Part shown: positions 19,148 through 29,120 of the stretch, piece after piece
Layout of the letters: every line of letters begins with the position of its first letter
How positions within the stretch are numbered: position 1 is the stretch's first letter
Assembly: GCA_016204005.1 (NCBI GenBank)
Contig: JACQLS010000021.1
Location: 1 to 39,910 of the forward strand
From: Parcubacteria group bacterium
GTDB taxonomy: Bacteria; Patescibacteriota; Minisyncoccia; Phycocordibacterales; UBA2135
DNA length: 39,910 nt
Direction: 5' to 3'
Notes under the pieces: model-generated
Database searches by the model: none
Told to the model about the DNA's origin: nothing
The model's input: the letters and a program-made list of their open reading frames with translations, nothing else
Translations under genes and position numbers: made by a program

Positions 19148-20128
19148 TTAAAGCACTCGGTCAATGGTATCAAGAAGACGCGTCACGCGCACGCCGTGCG
19201 CAATGTTGGTAAGCGGCTCTGTATTGGTTTCAATGACGCGGATAAAGTGCTCAAGCTGATTCTTGAGTGGCTCTTTCGCGCTAACCTCTGGAACCATGAC
19301 ATTTTCGCTTGATTGGTCAAAAAAGAAAGAGTTTTTTCCGGAAAAAACCTCCTCCTTTGGATATTCATACCGATACTTTCGGAGTTTGTTACTCTCTTCT
19401 ATGTCGTCAAAGAGGAGCATCCCCTTGTCGCCACAGATGAAGAAATGACGCATCTTCTTGGGAGCAAACCACGAAACACTAATTGATACAGAGACGCCAC
19501 TTGAAAGACGAGCAACTACTGTTGCGGCATCTTCAAACTCTTGCTCCTTGGTCATAAAAACCGCCCGCCCACTCACATCTTCAATCTCCTGAGGTCCGAA
19601 GAGGTAATCAAGTATTGCAAGCTCGTGCGTTGCTGTTTCCCAAAAACATCCCATACCCTTTCGGATTGGGCCAGGGTAAACATTAACCGCCGTAAAAGAC
19701 CGCAGGGTGCCAAGCGCACCGCTGTCGAGGATCCCTTTTGCCGCACGAATATAGTCGTTGTAGAGATATTGGTGCCCGATCATTAAGGTTTTACCGCTTT
19801 CTCTGACAGCGCGCTCAAGACGAAGCGCGTCGGAGAGGTTGGTCGTCATCGGTTTTTCAACAAGAACGTGTTTGCCTGCCTTAAGCGCCGCTAGAGCAAG
19901 TTCCGCGTGGGTAGGAGCTGGTGTTGCGATAATAACCGCATGAATATTAGGGTCAGAAAGAATCTCTTCATACTTGGTAACACGCCGTATTCCTGGAAAT
20001 ACAGCGGTTTCTGCCGCAAGAGAACGATCAAAGAGAGCGCCTAAACGAGCGCCCTTAACCTCGCGGAGGAGGCGGATATAGTGTTTACCAAAATGACCTG
20101 CGCCAACAAGCGCAAAGGAGAGAGTCAT
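19148..20128 (-). CDS. Gfo/Idh/MocA-family oxidoreductase
   Basis: FALVGAGHFGKHYIRLL Rossmann N-terminus and EKPMT motif. ATGA overlap with the upstream SDR. Confidence 0.8.
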   Translation of the reverse strand: MTLSFALVGAGHFGKHYIRLLREVKGARLGALFDRSLAAETAVFPGIRRVTKYEEILSDPNIHAVIIATPAPTHAELALAALKAGKHVLVEKPMTTNLSDALRLERAVRESGKTLMIGHQYLYNDYIRAAKGILDSGALGTLRSFTAVNVYPGPIRKGMGCFWETATHELAILDYLFGPQEIEDVSGRAVFMTKEQEFEDAATVVARLSSGVSVSISVSWFAPKKMRHFFICGDKGMLLFDDIEESNKLRKYRYEYPKEEVFSGKNSFFFDQSSENVMVPEVSAKEPLKNQLEHFIRVIETNTEPLTNIAHGVRVTRLLDTIDRVL

Positions 20129-21195
20129 ACATTCTCCGGAAAATGTGTTTCTTTAAACCACCGTATACTCCTGCCAAGTCCGGTTTTCAAGTCAACGCGC
20201 GATTCGTAATCCAGGTTTGTACACGCCTTGGTTATGTCGGGGCATCGGCGATTTGGTTCGTCTGCCGGATAGGTATCTGGGTAATCAATAAGCTCCACCT
20301 TGAGCCCTCCGCCAATTTCCTCTGCAACCATTTGGGCGAGAGTTGCCATATTAATTTCTTCAGTTCCCCTTCCGATATTGTATACCTCGCCATGACGATC
20401 ACTTAAAAGGACCCGCAGAAAGCCATCTATCGCGTCCGTGATGTAGCAGAAGGTTCTCGTCTGATTGCCGTGGCCATGCACGGGGAGATTTTCTCCACGC
20501 AATCCCCGCGCGATGAATGTTGGCATGACGCGATGGTCGTTAGTCTTCATTCCCGGCCCGTAAACGTTGAACGGTCGAACCATCTTAACGGGAGTGCCAT
20601 ACACGCCATAATGAGTCATGCAGAGCGTCTCGGTCAAACGCTTTGATTCGTCGTAACAGGAACGCGGTCCAATGCAGGAGACATGCCCTTTGTATGTTTC
20701 CGGGGTCGGAATGGCGTCAGGAGCCGGGTCGCCATAAATCTCGCTTGAGCTGAAGAAGAGGAAACTTGCGACATCTTTTTCTCGCGCAAGTTCGAGCAGG
20801 TGTTTGGCGCCAGTAATGGCGCTTTCAATTGTTTCGATCGGGAATTTCTTGTAGTAGACGGGCGAAGCAAGACCCGCGGCATGAATGATGTAGTGGACCG
20901 GCTCTTTAAAAACATACGGCTCACGAATGTCGTGACGCTGACTTTTGATATACGTGGAATCAATATCTCCGATGAAGCTTGTTTCCGAACCAGTGATGTA
21001 GTTGTCGAGAGAAAAGACCCTCATCGGCTCGTCGAGAACATTCTTGTTTAAGTAGTCAAAAACTCCCCGGAAGTATGATCCCAAGAAACCCGCCCCGCCA
21101 GAAAGGAGAAGGGTTTTTCCTTCAAAAGCTTTTACCCTGTCTCCGAGGGTTCTCGCTATTGTTTCGATATCTTCTTGTATGATCGGAGAGTTCAT
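20125..21195 (-). CDS. NAD-dependent sugar epimerase/dehydratase (UDP-glucuronate decarboxylase / 4,6-dehydratase-like SDR)
   Basis: LLLSGGAGFLGSYF and CYDESKRLTETLC (Y-x3-K). Confidence 0.75.
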   Translation of the reverse strand: MNSPIIQEDIETIARTLGDRVKAFEGKTLLLSGGAGFLGSYFRGVFDYLNKNVLDEPMRVFSLDNYITGSETSFIGDIDSTYIKSQRHDIREPYVFKEPVHYIIHAAGLASPVYYKKFPIETIESAITGAKHLLELAREKDVASFLFFSSSEIYGDPAPDAIPTPETYKGHVSCIGPRSCYDESKRLTETLCMTHYGVYGTPVKMVRPFNVYGPGMKTNDHRVMPTFIARGLRGENLPVHGHGNQTRTFCYITDAIDGFLRVLLSDRHGEVYNIGRGTEEINMATLAQMVAEEIGGGLKVELIDYPDTYPADEPNRRCPDITKACTNLDYESRVDLKTGLGRSIRWFKETHFPENV

Positions 21196-22373
21196 ATGAT
21201 TTCTCTTGGTGGGATGGGGAGCAGAAAACGGTATCCCTCTCCCACCTTTTTTCTAATGTCGTCAAAATATTCGAAAGCAAAGACTACAAGCACGTCCGGC
21301 CTCTCACCTTCTAGATAACTACCGGGAACGATGGGAATGTGCATGCCCGGACTGAACTTGTTCTGCTTTAAGGGGCTGTCATCAACAATGTATTCAATGA
21401 GCGACGGGCCGATATTCCCGTAATTGGTAATCGTGGCGACGCGTGCGGGGGCTCCATAACCGGCAACCCTAAGTCCTTGCTTCTTGTATTCTTCGAGTTT
21501 CGCGCGGAAGGCGGCAATGGCTCCGTCCACCGTATCCTTAAATGCTCCGAGCGCCTCGGGGTTTAAGTTCATTGCTTCGTCCTGAAGCATGCGGGTGACA
21601 GCGGGTGAGGGATCTCCCGCGTGCTCCGTCTTTTGAAACGTCACCTTAATAGAGCCCCCATGGGGTTCTATTTCTTCTACATCGACAATGGACATTCCGT
21701 GAGCTTCAAAGAGATTTTTTAGTGAGGAGAGCGAGTAGTAAAAGATTCGGTCGAGATAGAATCGCTCAAACTGGGTATCTCTCAAAATGTTCCCGATATA
21801 CTCGACCTCAATGATAAACGACCCATCGTCGGACAGAAGTGCTTTTACGTCATCAATAAACGTGTGCGGATCTTCAAGGTGGGTAAAGATACTTGAGGCC
21901 ACAATAACATCGGGCTTCCCCCACTCCTTTGCTACTCTCTCTACAGTGTCAGCATTGAAAAACGAGGTGATGGTTGTAAGTCCTTGGTCATTTGCGATCT
22001 TCGAGACATTGACGGAGGGCTCAATACCAAGAGCACTTACTCCAAGCTCCTTCAAGGGTTTTAAGAGTATTCCATCATTCGAGCCAATGTCCACGACGAA
22101 ACGCGCGCCGGCAAGCTTCTTCGCAAGCCCCTCGAAATACCGAACAAGGCCCGGATTCACGGAAGACAAATAGTAGTAGTCCTCGAACATTCTCGAGCGG
22201 GAGACCTTCTCACCAAGCTCAACATTTTTACACTCAGGACAAAAAAAGACGACGAGCGGAAAGAAGTCTTCCGTCTTTATCATTTCCTCTGTCGGATATT
22301 TGTTAGCGAGGGGTTGTTTCCCCAGGTCGAGAAACGAAGCCGCCTTATTGTTTGAACACAGAGTACACAACAT
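21192..22373 (-). CDS. NDP-sugar C-methyltransferase-type SAM methyltransferase (second copy)
   Basis: Trimmed from TTG 22394 to ATG 22373 (MLCTLCSNNK...). VVDIGSNDG SAM motif. Same architecture as 15318..16559. Confidence 0.7.
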   Translation of the reverse strand: MLCTLCSNNKAASFLDLGKQPLANKYPTEEMIKTEDFFPLVVFFCPECKNVELGEKVSRSRMFEDYYYLSSVNPGLVRYFEGLAKKLAGARFVVDIGSNDGILLKPLKELGVSALGIEPSVNVSKIANDQGLTTITSFFNADTVERVAKEWGKPDVIVASSIFTHLEDPHTFIDDVKALLSDDGSFIIEVEYIGNILRDTQFERFYLDRIFYYSLSSLKNLFEAHGMSIVDVEEIEPHGGSIKVTFQKTEHAGDPSPAVTRMLQDEAMNLNPEALGAFKDTVDGAIAAFRAKLEEYKKQGLRVAGYGAPARVATITNYGNIGPSLIEYIVDDSPLKQNKFSPGMHIPIVPGSYLEGERPDVLVVFAFEYFDDIRKKVGEGYRFLLPIPPREII

Positions 22374-22428
22374 GAATGAAGAAAAGTATACCAAAAACTA
22401 AAGAAGTCACCGATTGACTTAACGGGGT

Positions 22429-23997
22429 TTAACGTGGTCTCCCGAGTTTTTGCTTCTTTTTGTTAATGAGATCAGCATATGTGTCGTGTATCTGGCGAAG
22501 GAAGTCAGGAGCACTGCGCCCACGAACAGAAACGGACAGCTCTGGATCAAACGAACGCGCTTGCTCCCCTTGTATGTCATCCGTGACATATACTGAATCC
22601 GAATTACGAAAGATCCAGCGATAAATCGGGAGATACTTCTTTGTCCGCGTATTCCCCTCTCCAAGCTCTGCTGGATCAAGGGTTACGAGAAAAGAGAGAT
22701 CGCGCGTGATGAACTTCAGAAAGAGCGCGGAGAGCCCGCCGTAGCTTGCCATAATGGACCAGGCAAAGTGGTACTTGTGCCGTCGGTGGAGTTGATAGGC
22801 TTTGATGACCCCGAGAAATGGCAAAAGATACTTATCCAAGGTGGAACCAAAACCGATACGATAAATGTGGTCTGTCTTGTGACGTTCGTATGCCGGGAGA
22901 CCGCTCCTAAACCGGGATGTAACGATGTGAAATTCTGTGCGAGGCAACATTTCCGAAAGTTCATACAGCGCCCTCTCTGCAGGACCGAGGTCAGGATAGT
23001 AGGTTGTCGCAAAAACCAAGATCTTCCGATCCGGACGTTCTAGTGTTTTGAAAAATTGAATAGTTTTGGTAAGGCCGTCTTCAAAACCGACCTTGGGTAC
23101 CCAGCCAAGTTTTTCCTTCGCGAGAGAAATGTCGGGACGCCTTTCTCTTGGATCGTCTGTTGCTTGTTTCTCAAAAACAATCTTGGAGGCTGACCCAGTC
23201 GCCCGTATAATTCTTTCCGCAAGCTCTTTCATGTTCATCTCCGCTTCATCGTTTCCGATATTGACTGGTCCGACGAATTCCTCTGAAGAGGACATCATGC
23301 GATCAATCCCCTCCACGAGATCGTCAATATACTGGAAGCTCCTACTGGAAGACCCGTCGCCATAGATCACGAGGTCTTTGCCGTCCAGAGCATTCCCGAC
23401 AAAATTTGCTATCGCCCTGCCATCGTGGAGATCCATACGCGGGCCGTATGTATTAAAAATGCGGATAATCTTCACCTTAACTCCGTATTGCCGGTGGAAG
23501 TCCATGCAAAGTGTCTCCGCGGCACGCTTTCCTTCATCGTAACAAGCGCGCGGGCCTGTGGGGCTGACGTTCCCGCGGTAACCTTCTTTTTGCGGATTCT
23601 CGAGTGGATCGCCGTATACCTCTGAAGTGGATGCTTGGAGTATCACCGCTCCATCGCGGTATGCGAGTGTAAGCATGTTACGCATTCCATCGACATTTGT
23701 GCGTAGCGTGTGCACGGGGTCATATTGATAAATAGCAGGAGCTCCCGAACAACCAAAGTTCAAAATCCAGTCAACATGCTCTTTTGGGAAAAAGGGCTTA
23801 ATGATGTCGTGCTGCACAAAACGGAACTGCGGGTTTGAGAGCAAGTGGTCGATGTTTTTGGTTGTCTTCGTGGTCCGCAGGTTATCAACGCAAATAACCC
23901 GGTGTCCAAGACCGAGGTACTTTTCACAGAGGTGCGAACCGATAAATCCCGCCCCTCCCGTTATAAGAATGGTTTTTTTGTTGTTATTTAGCCTCAT
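22429..23997 (-). CDS. UDP-glucuronate decarboxylase-like SDR fused to an isolated GT4 N-terminal (acceptor-side) half-domain
   Basis: N-terminal ~315 aa has ILITGGAGFIGSHLCEKYL and CYDEGKRAAETLC. The C-terminal ~205 aa (KILVFATTYYPDLGPAERALYELSEML...) aligns by eye with the N-terminal half of the GT4 at 9905..11116 (LLIFSLTYYPRFVGGAEVAVKEITDRL...). It lacks the E-x7-E half. Confidence 0.7.
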   Translation of the reverse strand: MRLNNNKKTILITGGAGFIGSHLCEKYLGLGHRVICVDNLRTTKTTKNIDHLLSNPQFRFVQHDIIKPFFPKEHVDWILNFGCSGAPAIYQYDPVHTLRTNVDGMRNMLTLAYRDGAVILQASTSEVYGDPLENPQKEGYRGNVSPTGPRACYDEGKRAAETLCMDFHRQYGVKVKIIRIFNTYGPRMDLHDGRAIANFVGNALDGKDLVIYGDGSSSRSFQYIDDLVEGIDRMMSSSEEFVGPVNIGNDEAEMNMKELAERIIRATGSASKIVFEKQATDDPRERRPDISLAKEKLGWVPKVGFEDGLTKTIQFFKTLERPDRKILVFATTYYPDLGPAERALYELSEMLPRTEFHIVTSRFRSGLPAYERHKTDHIYRIGFGSTLDKYLLPFLGVIKAYQLHRRHKYHFAWSIMASYGGLSALFLKFITRDLSFLVTLDPAELGEGNTRTKKYLPIYRWIFRNSDSVYVTDDIQGEQARSFDPELSVSVRGRSAPDFLRQIHDTYADLINKKKQKLGRPR

Positions 23998-24161
23998 TAT
24001 CTCCTTCTGCCTTCTCTCCTATATAAAGGGTATTAAACCCTATATTACGACTTCGCTCGGAGAAAATGAGAGCAAGCTCTTATTTCCCCTCCTCGCTCGT
24101 CGTAATAAGCACTTCGTCTTGTATAAACTCCTTGGCTCGGAAATGAGAAAGCCTTGCTTTC

Positions 24162-25607
24162 TCATTTCTCTCGCTCTACATCGTTTATAATGGAAAATTC
24201 ATCTGCGAGGTTTCCCTTCCGTCTCATTACTAAGAATCCTATACTACTGCCGCCAACAAGCAAAAGGAGGAAGAAAATCGCTAAGGGCCCGCTCCCTACG
24301 CCGGGAGCGCTACCAACTCTGGCGAGCGCCTGGTGTTTTTCGACCACCCTTTCGGCTTCTTCTTTGGGAGCTGGCGATAGCTTTTTCTCTGCAACGGAAG
24401 GTCGAGGAGGAACGACTTTCATGGGTAAGACCTTCGGCACTTCGGCTATCTGTGTTGTTGGTGGCTGTACTTGCAACACTGCAGTCTTGCCATTTGGATA
24501 GAGGAGTTCTGTATGTGTATCGTTTAAAAAACCTGTCACGGAACCGGGGAAAATTATTTCTTTTTTAGACAGAAGGAAGGAGTGCTCTGGAATGCGGAAA
24601 TAGAGACCGCCGTGTTTTAGGAGCCAACCCGACAGGTCAAGCTCGTGACTTGAATTGTTTTTTATCTTTACAAAAAGCTCTCCGCTTTCTTCTGTCTGTG
24701 TAATAGAGAGAGCGATACTCTCCGCTTCAACCACCAGACGATCCCCGGCACTATATTCCCCCGAAGCGGCATCGAGCACTACTACGTATGTCCCGGGGTA
24801 ACGGAAAATGTGAGAGACATGCTTCCCCTCTTTTGTTGTCCCGTCTCCAAAATTCCACATATACCGAGCGTTGGCGATAGCCTCCCCCTCGAAACCATAT
24901 GCTTCTCCAAGAAATGATGCTCCCGCTCCGACTATCACTGTTTTTGTTTCCTTCTTTATCTTTACTGTTATCGTTTTTATTGGTGGAACCGCTGAAAAAG
25001 TAGCAGGTTGGCCGACCGTGGCACCCGTTTCCGTGCCCACCTCTTCTTCCGGTGGGGAGATCTCTTCTTCATTCTCACCCCCGCCACCTGTTACTCCCTG
25101 GTTTTGGGCTCGCGGTGAAGGCGTCCCAGTCATCCAGGAAACGCCATTCCATTGCATTGTCTCTTTCGTCGTATTATTACCCCCACTCCAACCGCTCGTC
25201 TGGTCAAGCTCGTCTATAATTGCTCCGCTCTGGTCTTTTAGGGCCAGATGCTCCCCGCTATTCCCCAAGGCTCCAGTGTACAGCAAATCAGCGACAATGC
25301 CTGGCACAGAGTCATCGTCGGGGCGCTCGAGGAGGAAAAACCCACCCGCCGCAATTGTCCCACCCAAAAGAATATTTGGCGAACCGTCAGCCGCAACGAG
25401 TTGCCACCCATCAAGGATAATGGCTTCACTGCCATCATTGTAGAGCTCAATCCACTCGTCGTTGTAAGAAGTGACTGTGCCCATCCAAGCAATCTCATTA
25501 ATGCGTACGGTTGCCCCAACACTAAGCGGGAGTAAAAAGAATATGAAGAGTAATGCGCGAAACATTATCTTCCATTGTAAGCGCGTTGCGGACACGTGCA
25601 ATTGCAT
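24162..25607 (-). CDS. Secreted/anchored surface protein: lamin-tail domain (LTD) + PKD domain + second LTD-like region + C-terminal TM anchor
   Basis: Signal-like MFRALLFIFFLLPLSVGA (ATG 25565 is an alternative start). LTD RINEIAWMG...DEWIELYN. PKD WNFGDGTTKEGKHVSHIFRYPGTYVVVL. C-terminal GPLAIFFLLLLVGGSSIGFLVMRRK. Confidence 0.7.
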   Translation of the reverse strand: MQLHVSATRLQWKIMFRALLFIFFLLPLSVGATVRINEIAWMGTVTSYNDEWIELYNDGSEAIILDGWQLVAADGSPNILLGGTIAAGGFFLLERPDDDSVPGIVADLLYTGALGNSGEHLALKDQSGAIIDELDQTSGWSGGNNTTKETMQWNGVSWMTGTPSPRAQNQGVTGGGGENEEEISPPEEEVGTETGATVGQPATFSAVPPIKTITVKIKKETKTVIVGAGASFLGEAYGFEGEAIANARYMWNFGDGTTKEGKHVSHIFRYPGTYVVVLDAASGEYSAGDRLVVEAESIALSITQTEESGELFVKIKNNSSHELDLSGWLLKHGGLYFRIPEHSFLLSKKEIIFPGSVTGFLNDTHTELLYPNGKTAVLQVQPPTTQIAEVPKVLPMKVVPPRPSVAEKKLSPAPKEEAERVVEKHQALARVGSAPGVGSGPLAIFFLLLLVGGSSIGFLVMRRKGNLADEFSIINDVEREK

Positions 25608-25673
25608 CTTCTCTTGTGCTGTGTTCTACAACAAAACCGATCACTTGGAGTAATCGGTTTTGTTGTGCTAACC

Positions 25674-27749
25674 CTATTTTGTTTCGATGCGTAGTATTTC
25701 ACGCAGCTCATTCTCTGGAATTTCTGGAATCGGTTCAGCCCCGCTTGCCACTTTGGGAACTTGCTCTTCTCTTTTAACTTCTTCCCTCTTAACTTGCGGC
25801 GGCGGAGTACTTGGTGGCGGAGACGGCGGAACGCTCGAAGGGGATGCTGGTGGAGGCGTGCTCGCTATGGTTACCTCTGTGGGCGCTCCCTCTCCTGTAC
25901 GCGGGACATTTGGAATCCCCGCCTCTACCCTGCTAGGCGCCACTACCACTCCAGCATTTTTACCGGGTGTTTTTTCTTCCATTGCCGCATCAAGCGCGCG
26001 CTTAAGTTGAGAGAGGTTCTCCTTCAGCTTTCCCGTATTGTCTGTGCTGTTTTTTCGTAACACATTCAACGAAACCGGTTCAATCTTCTGGGCTTCCGAA
26101 GTAGAGGGATTAGCGTTTCTTGGAGGAGTCGCGGGCGAAGGAGGATTCTGTCTTACCGCCGCAAGCGCATCTTTGAATGAACTGTGACCAATGGGTGGCG
26201 CTGGCGGAATTGGCGGCGTGGACGGAACGCTCGGAACTGGTGGAATTGGCGCCGCAACTCTTTGTTCGGGGATCTTTCCCTCGACTTTGCTCGGGACAGG
26301 TCGCTCTCCCACCCTCTCTCTTGGGCGCTCATCCTTCCTCCACTCTTTCCTCTCTCCGCTACTCTGAGGAGTAATCGGGCGAACATCTTTCCGCTCTACT
26401 ACTCCAACCTTCGGCATTATTGCAGACTTTTCTCCAATGGGTTTCGGAGGCGGAGGAACGGGCTCCAAACTTTTCCGGATTGCCTCCTCTACCTCGGAGC
26501 GTGGTTTTGCGTATGCCCTGCGCGAATGGCGAAGCACCTCAGGAACAAATGATCGTTTCGGCTTTTCAATCGGCGGAAGCGTCAAGGCGGAAAAGGGGCG
26601 GGATGCGAGACCATCAATCATGAGTTTCAGATAAATATTGTAGGCCCCTGTGCCCACGATATCTTCCGCGGTAAACGTCGGTGAGAACTCCTTCTCGAGC
26701 ATCTCGGCGTCTTCTGCTCCGATGCGGAACGTAATAAGAGTACCTACGTTTCCGAAAATAGCATCCCTCACCTCGTCCTCCATCTGCCCCACATATTGGT
26801 GCGCAATGGTAAGTGATAGTTTGTATTTTCGTGCTTCTGAAAGAATGTCCGCAAATGTTTCGTTCGCGAAAGATTGAAACTCGTCTACGAAAAGAAAGAA
26901 TGGCGGGAGCTTGGCAAGCTCGCTTGCTGTACAGTCTGCGCGGCTCATTGCTCCAAGGTAAAGTTTAATGATGAGCATGCTCCCCAAGAGACGCGCGTTC
27001 GTTTCTCCCATTCTCCCCTTGGAAAGGTTTAGGATAAGGATTTTACGCTTGTCCATCATCTCTCGAATATCGAAGGATGACTTTGGTTGTCCGATAATAT
27101 TGCGAATGACAGGATTGGACACGAATTGCCCTACTTTGTTTTGGATTGCCGGTGTCGCTTCACGCGTGTATGTGTCGGTGTATTTTGCAAATTCATCAAC
27201 CCAAAAGGATTTCACGATCGGGTCTGTTACATGCGAGACGACGTCTTTCCTGAAGTCTTTGTCGATGAGCATTCGGTTGACCGAGAGAAGCGTTGAGCCG
27301 GGATACTCGAGGAGTGCCAGAAGCGCATTTTGTAGAATGTACTCCATACGCGCGCTCCAAGCATCCACCCATATTTTCTTGAATGCGCTCATCAGGTTTG
27401 AGACGACGAGGTGGCGTTTGTCATACCCGACATCTTCCATGACGTTAAACGAAACTGGGTATTCCAGGTCAAAAGGAGCAATATAGAGCACATCATGAAT
27501 GCGCTCTTCTGGAACATGTTCCAGAAGTTTTTCGGCCGATGAACCGTGGGGGTCGAGAAAGGCTAAGCCGTTTCCGTTCTGTATGTCCTGAATCGCCATG
27601 TTCTCGAGCGTAACCGACTTACCCATACCGGTTTTCCCAATCACATAGACGTGCTTCAAACGATCCAGAGCCTTAATGCCAAAAATCTTCTCCTTCCCTC
27701 GGTAGTTGGTCTTTGCAAAATATGTTTTTCTTTCTTCCCAGCGTTCCAT
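25674..27749 (-). CDS. VirD4/TraG/TraD-like (type IV coupling protein-like) P-loop ATPase, soluble, with ~240-aa proline-rich C-terminal tail
   Basis: Walker A VIGKTGMGKS and Walker B FFLFVDEFQSF, plus LTIAHQYVGQ. No N-terminal TM helices. Start moved from TTG 27761 to ATG 27749 (MERWEE). The tail is rich in PPxP and KREEV repeats. Confidence 0.7.
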   Translation of the reverse strand: MERWEERKTYFAKTNYRGKEKIFGIKALDRLKHVYVIGKTGMGKSVTLENMAIQDIQNGNGLAFLDPHGSSAEKLLEHVPEERIHDVLYIAPFDLEYPVSFNVMEDVGYDKRHLVVSNLMSAFKKIWVDAWSARMEYILQNALLALLEYPGSTLLSVNRMLIDKDFRKDVVSHVTDPIVKSFWVDEFAKYTDTYTREATPAIQNKVGQFVSNPVIRNIIGQPKSSFDIREMMDKRKILILNLSKGRMGETNARLLGSMLIIKLYLGAMSRADCTASELAKLPPFFLFVDEFQSFANETFADILSEARKYKLSLTIAHQYVGQMEDEVRDAIFGNVGTLITFRIGAEDAEMLEKEFSPTFTAEDIVGTGAYNIYLKLMIDGLASRPFSALTLPPIEKPKRSFVPEVLRHSRRAYAKPRSEVEEAIRKSLEPVPPPPKPIGEKSAIMPKVGVVERKDVRPITPQSSGERKEWRKDERPRERVGERPVPSKVEGKIPEQRVAAPIPPVPSVPSTPPIPPAPPIGHSSFKDALAAVRQNPPSPATPPRNANPSTSEAQKIEPVSLNVLRKNSTDNTGKLKENLSQLKRALDAAMEEKTPGKNAGVVVAPSRVEAGIPNVPRTGEGAPTEVTIASTPPPASPSSVPPSPPPSTPPPQVKREEVKREEQVPKVASGAEPIPEIPENELREILRIETK

Positions 27750-27800
27750 AAGGAAAAACAAGCTCTATACTCTATATTATGTAACTAGTTCACGACTTGG

Positions 27801-29120
27801 TCAATTTGAAGCATTCACTGGTGCGGGCAGAAGCGCGTCACGCGTATACGTATTAGCGGCATCCCACATCATCCAGGAATCAAGGCCGACGTCGTATGTT
27901 GCTTGTATTTGCTTCCGCACCATTGCGGCATCATAGGTCGCGCCGAGATTAAAGTCCTGCAGCCATGGACGAAGCTTCTCTGAAGTTGAACTGGCCGTAA
28001 GCATTCTTTGGACACCGCGGTTCATCGAGTAATGCACCACTTCGTACGGATTCGCAGCCGGACTTGCAAGGCCGATAAAGCCCTTTGGGTAATGTGATGG
28101 ATATACCATCGGGGCAATGTAATCAAAATATGGTTCGACATATTCGAGTATTTGCCCGATATTTAAGTCGTCCTTATTCGTCATGGTCATGCCAAACAAA
28201 TCAGCCGAAAGCACGGGGACGATGCTTCGTTTTGCGATTGTATTTGATTCGTAGAACGATGGGTTTTTCAACGTTGTGTGCAAGTGCTTAAAAAAATCGC
28301 GCATAATCTTTGCCTTGCCCAGCGCCGGATCCGCAGCAATTCGAGCATTACTGTAGGAATAGTAAATGTCGCGCATATTACCGTCCGAGGGGAAGCGAAT
28401 GTAATCAAAGTTGAGTTCATCAAAACCTATTTCGTAAGACTCCCTTGAGAGAGCGGTGGTGTAGTCCCACGCTTCTTTGGCGCCAGGGTCAATGAATGAG
28501 AGGCCCTTGTAATCAGTCCAGACTGTTGATGTCGCGCTTTCCTTCTTCACAGCCCACTCCGGTTTTACTTTCGAAAGGTACGGATCTTGGAAAACGGTAA
28601 TGCGCCCGATAACATAAACGTTTCGCCTGTGGAGGTCGGCAATAAATTCCCGAATATCCTGAATGCGCTTCTCAGCTGCGCCAAATCGAACCAAGAGAGG
28701 ATCCGTAACCTCGAAAGAGATGCGCCCAGAGTAATCCTTGATATCAATGACGATTGCGTTCAACTCCGTTTCATCGATAAGACGCACAAGCTCGGCACGA
28801 CGCGACCGAGTGCCGGCAACCCAACTGGTCATGTAGATGGCTCGCACTTCCTCGGGCAATGCGACATGGGTCGCAACAAAAGGCTTCGGCTCTTCTCCGG
28901 CGGGCACGCCGTTTGCCTCACCAACGCCCGCCTCATACACAGCTGGCGCGAAAATAGGAACCCCCCAATGCGCAAAGGAGACAACTCCGCCCACGACAAA
29001 AACCCCCGCAAATATGAGCGCGGAGCGCGCTTTTATCAGGCGGAGTAGAGATGATAACGATTTAATTAGGCGCCTCTTCTTCACGGGGTGTTGGTCTACT
29101 AATGTTCTTTCTTGGGGCAC
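27801..29120 (-). CDS. Membrane-anchored putative glycoside hydrolase (DUF4015-like TIM barrel)
   Basis: N-terminal TM ALIFAGVFVVGGVV. FDELNFDYIRFPSDG is typical of the DUF4015 putative glycosyl hydrolase family. Confidence 0.6.
   Translation of the reverse strand: MPQERTLVDQHPVKKRRLIKSLSSLLRLIKARSALIFAGVFVVGGVVSFAHWGVPIFAPAVYEAGVGEANGVPAGEEPKPFVATHVALPEEVRAIYMTSWVAGTRSRRAELVRLIDETELNAIVIDIKDYSGRISFEVTDPLLVRFGAAEKRIQDIREFIADLHRRNVYVIGRITVFQDPYLSKVKPEWAVKKESATSTVWTDYKGLSFIDPGAKEAWDYTTALSRESYEIGFDELNFDYIRFPSDGNMRDIYYSYSNARIAADPALGKAKIMRDFFKHLHTTLKNPSFYESNTIAKRSIVPVLSADLFGMTMTNKDDLNIGQILEYVEPYFDYIAPMVYPSHYPKGFIGLASPAANPYEVVHYSMNRGVQRMLTASSTSEKLRPWLQDFNLGATYDAAMVRKQIQATYDVGLDSWMMWDAANTYTRDALLPAPVNASN

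Noticed and set aside
25687-26634. Several plus-strand ORFs (25687..26010, 25761..26060, 26184..26552 and others)
   Set aside because: They are antisense to the proline-rich tail of the VirD4-like gene. They are Gly/Arg/Trp-rich mirror frames of a low-complexity region.
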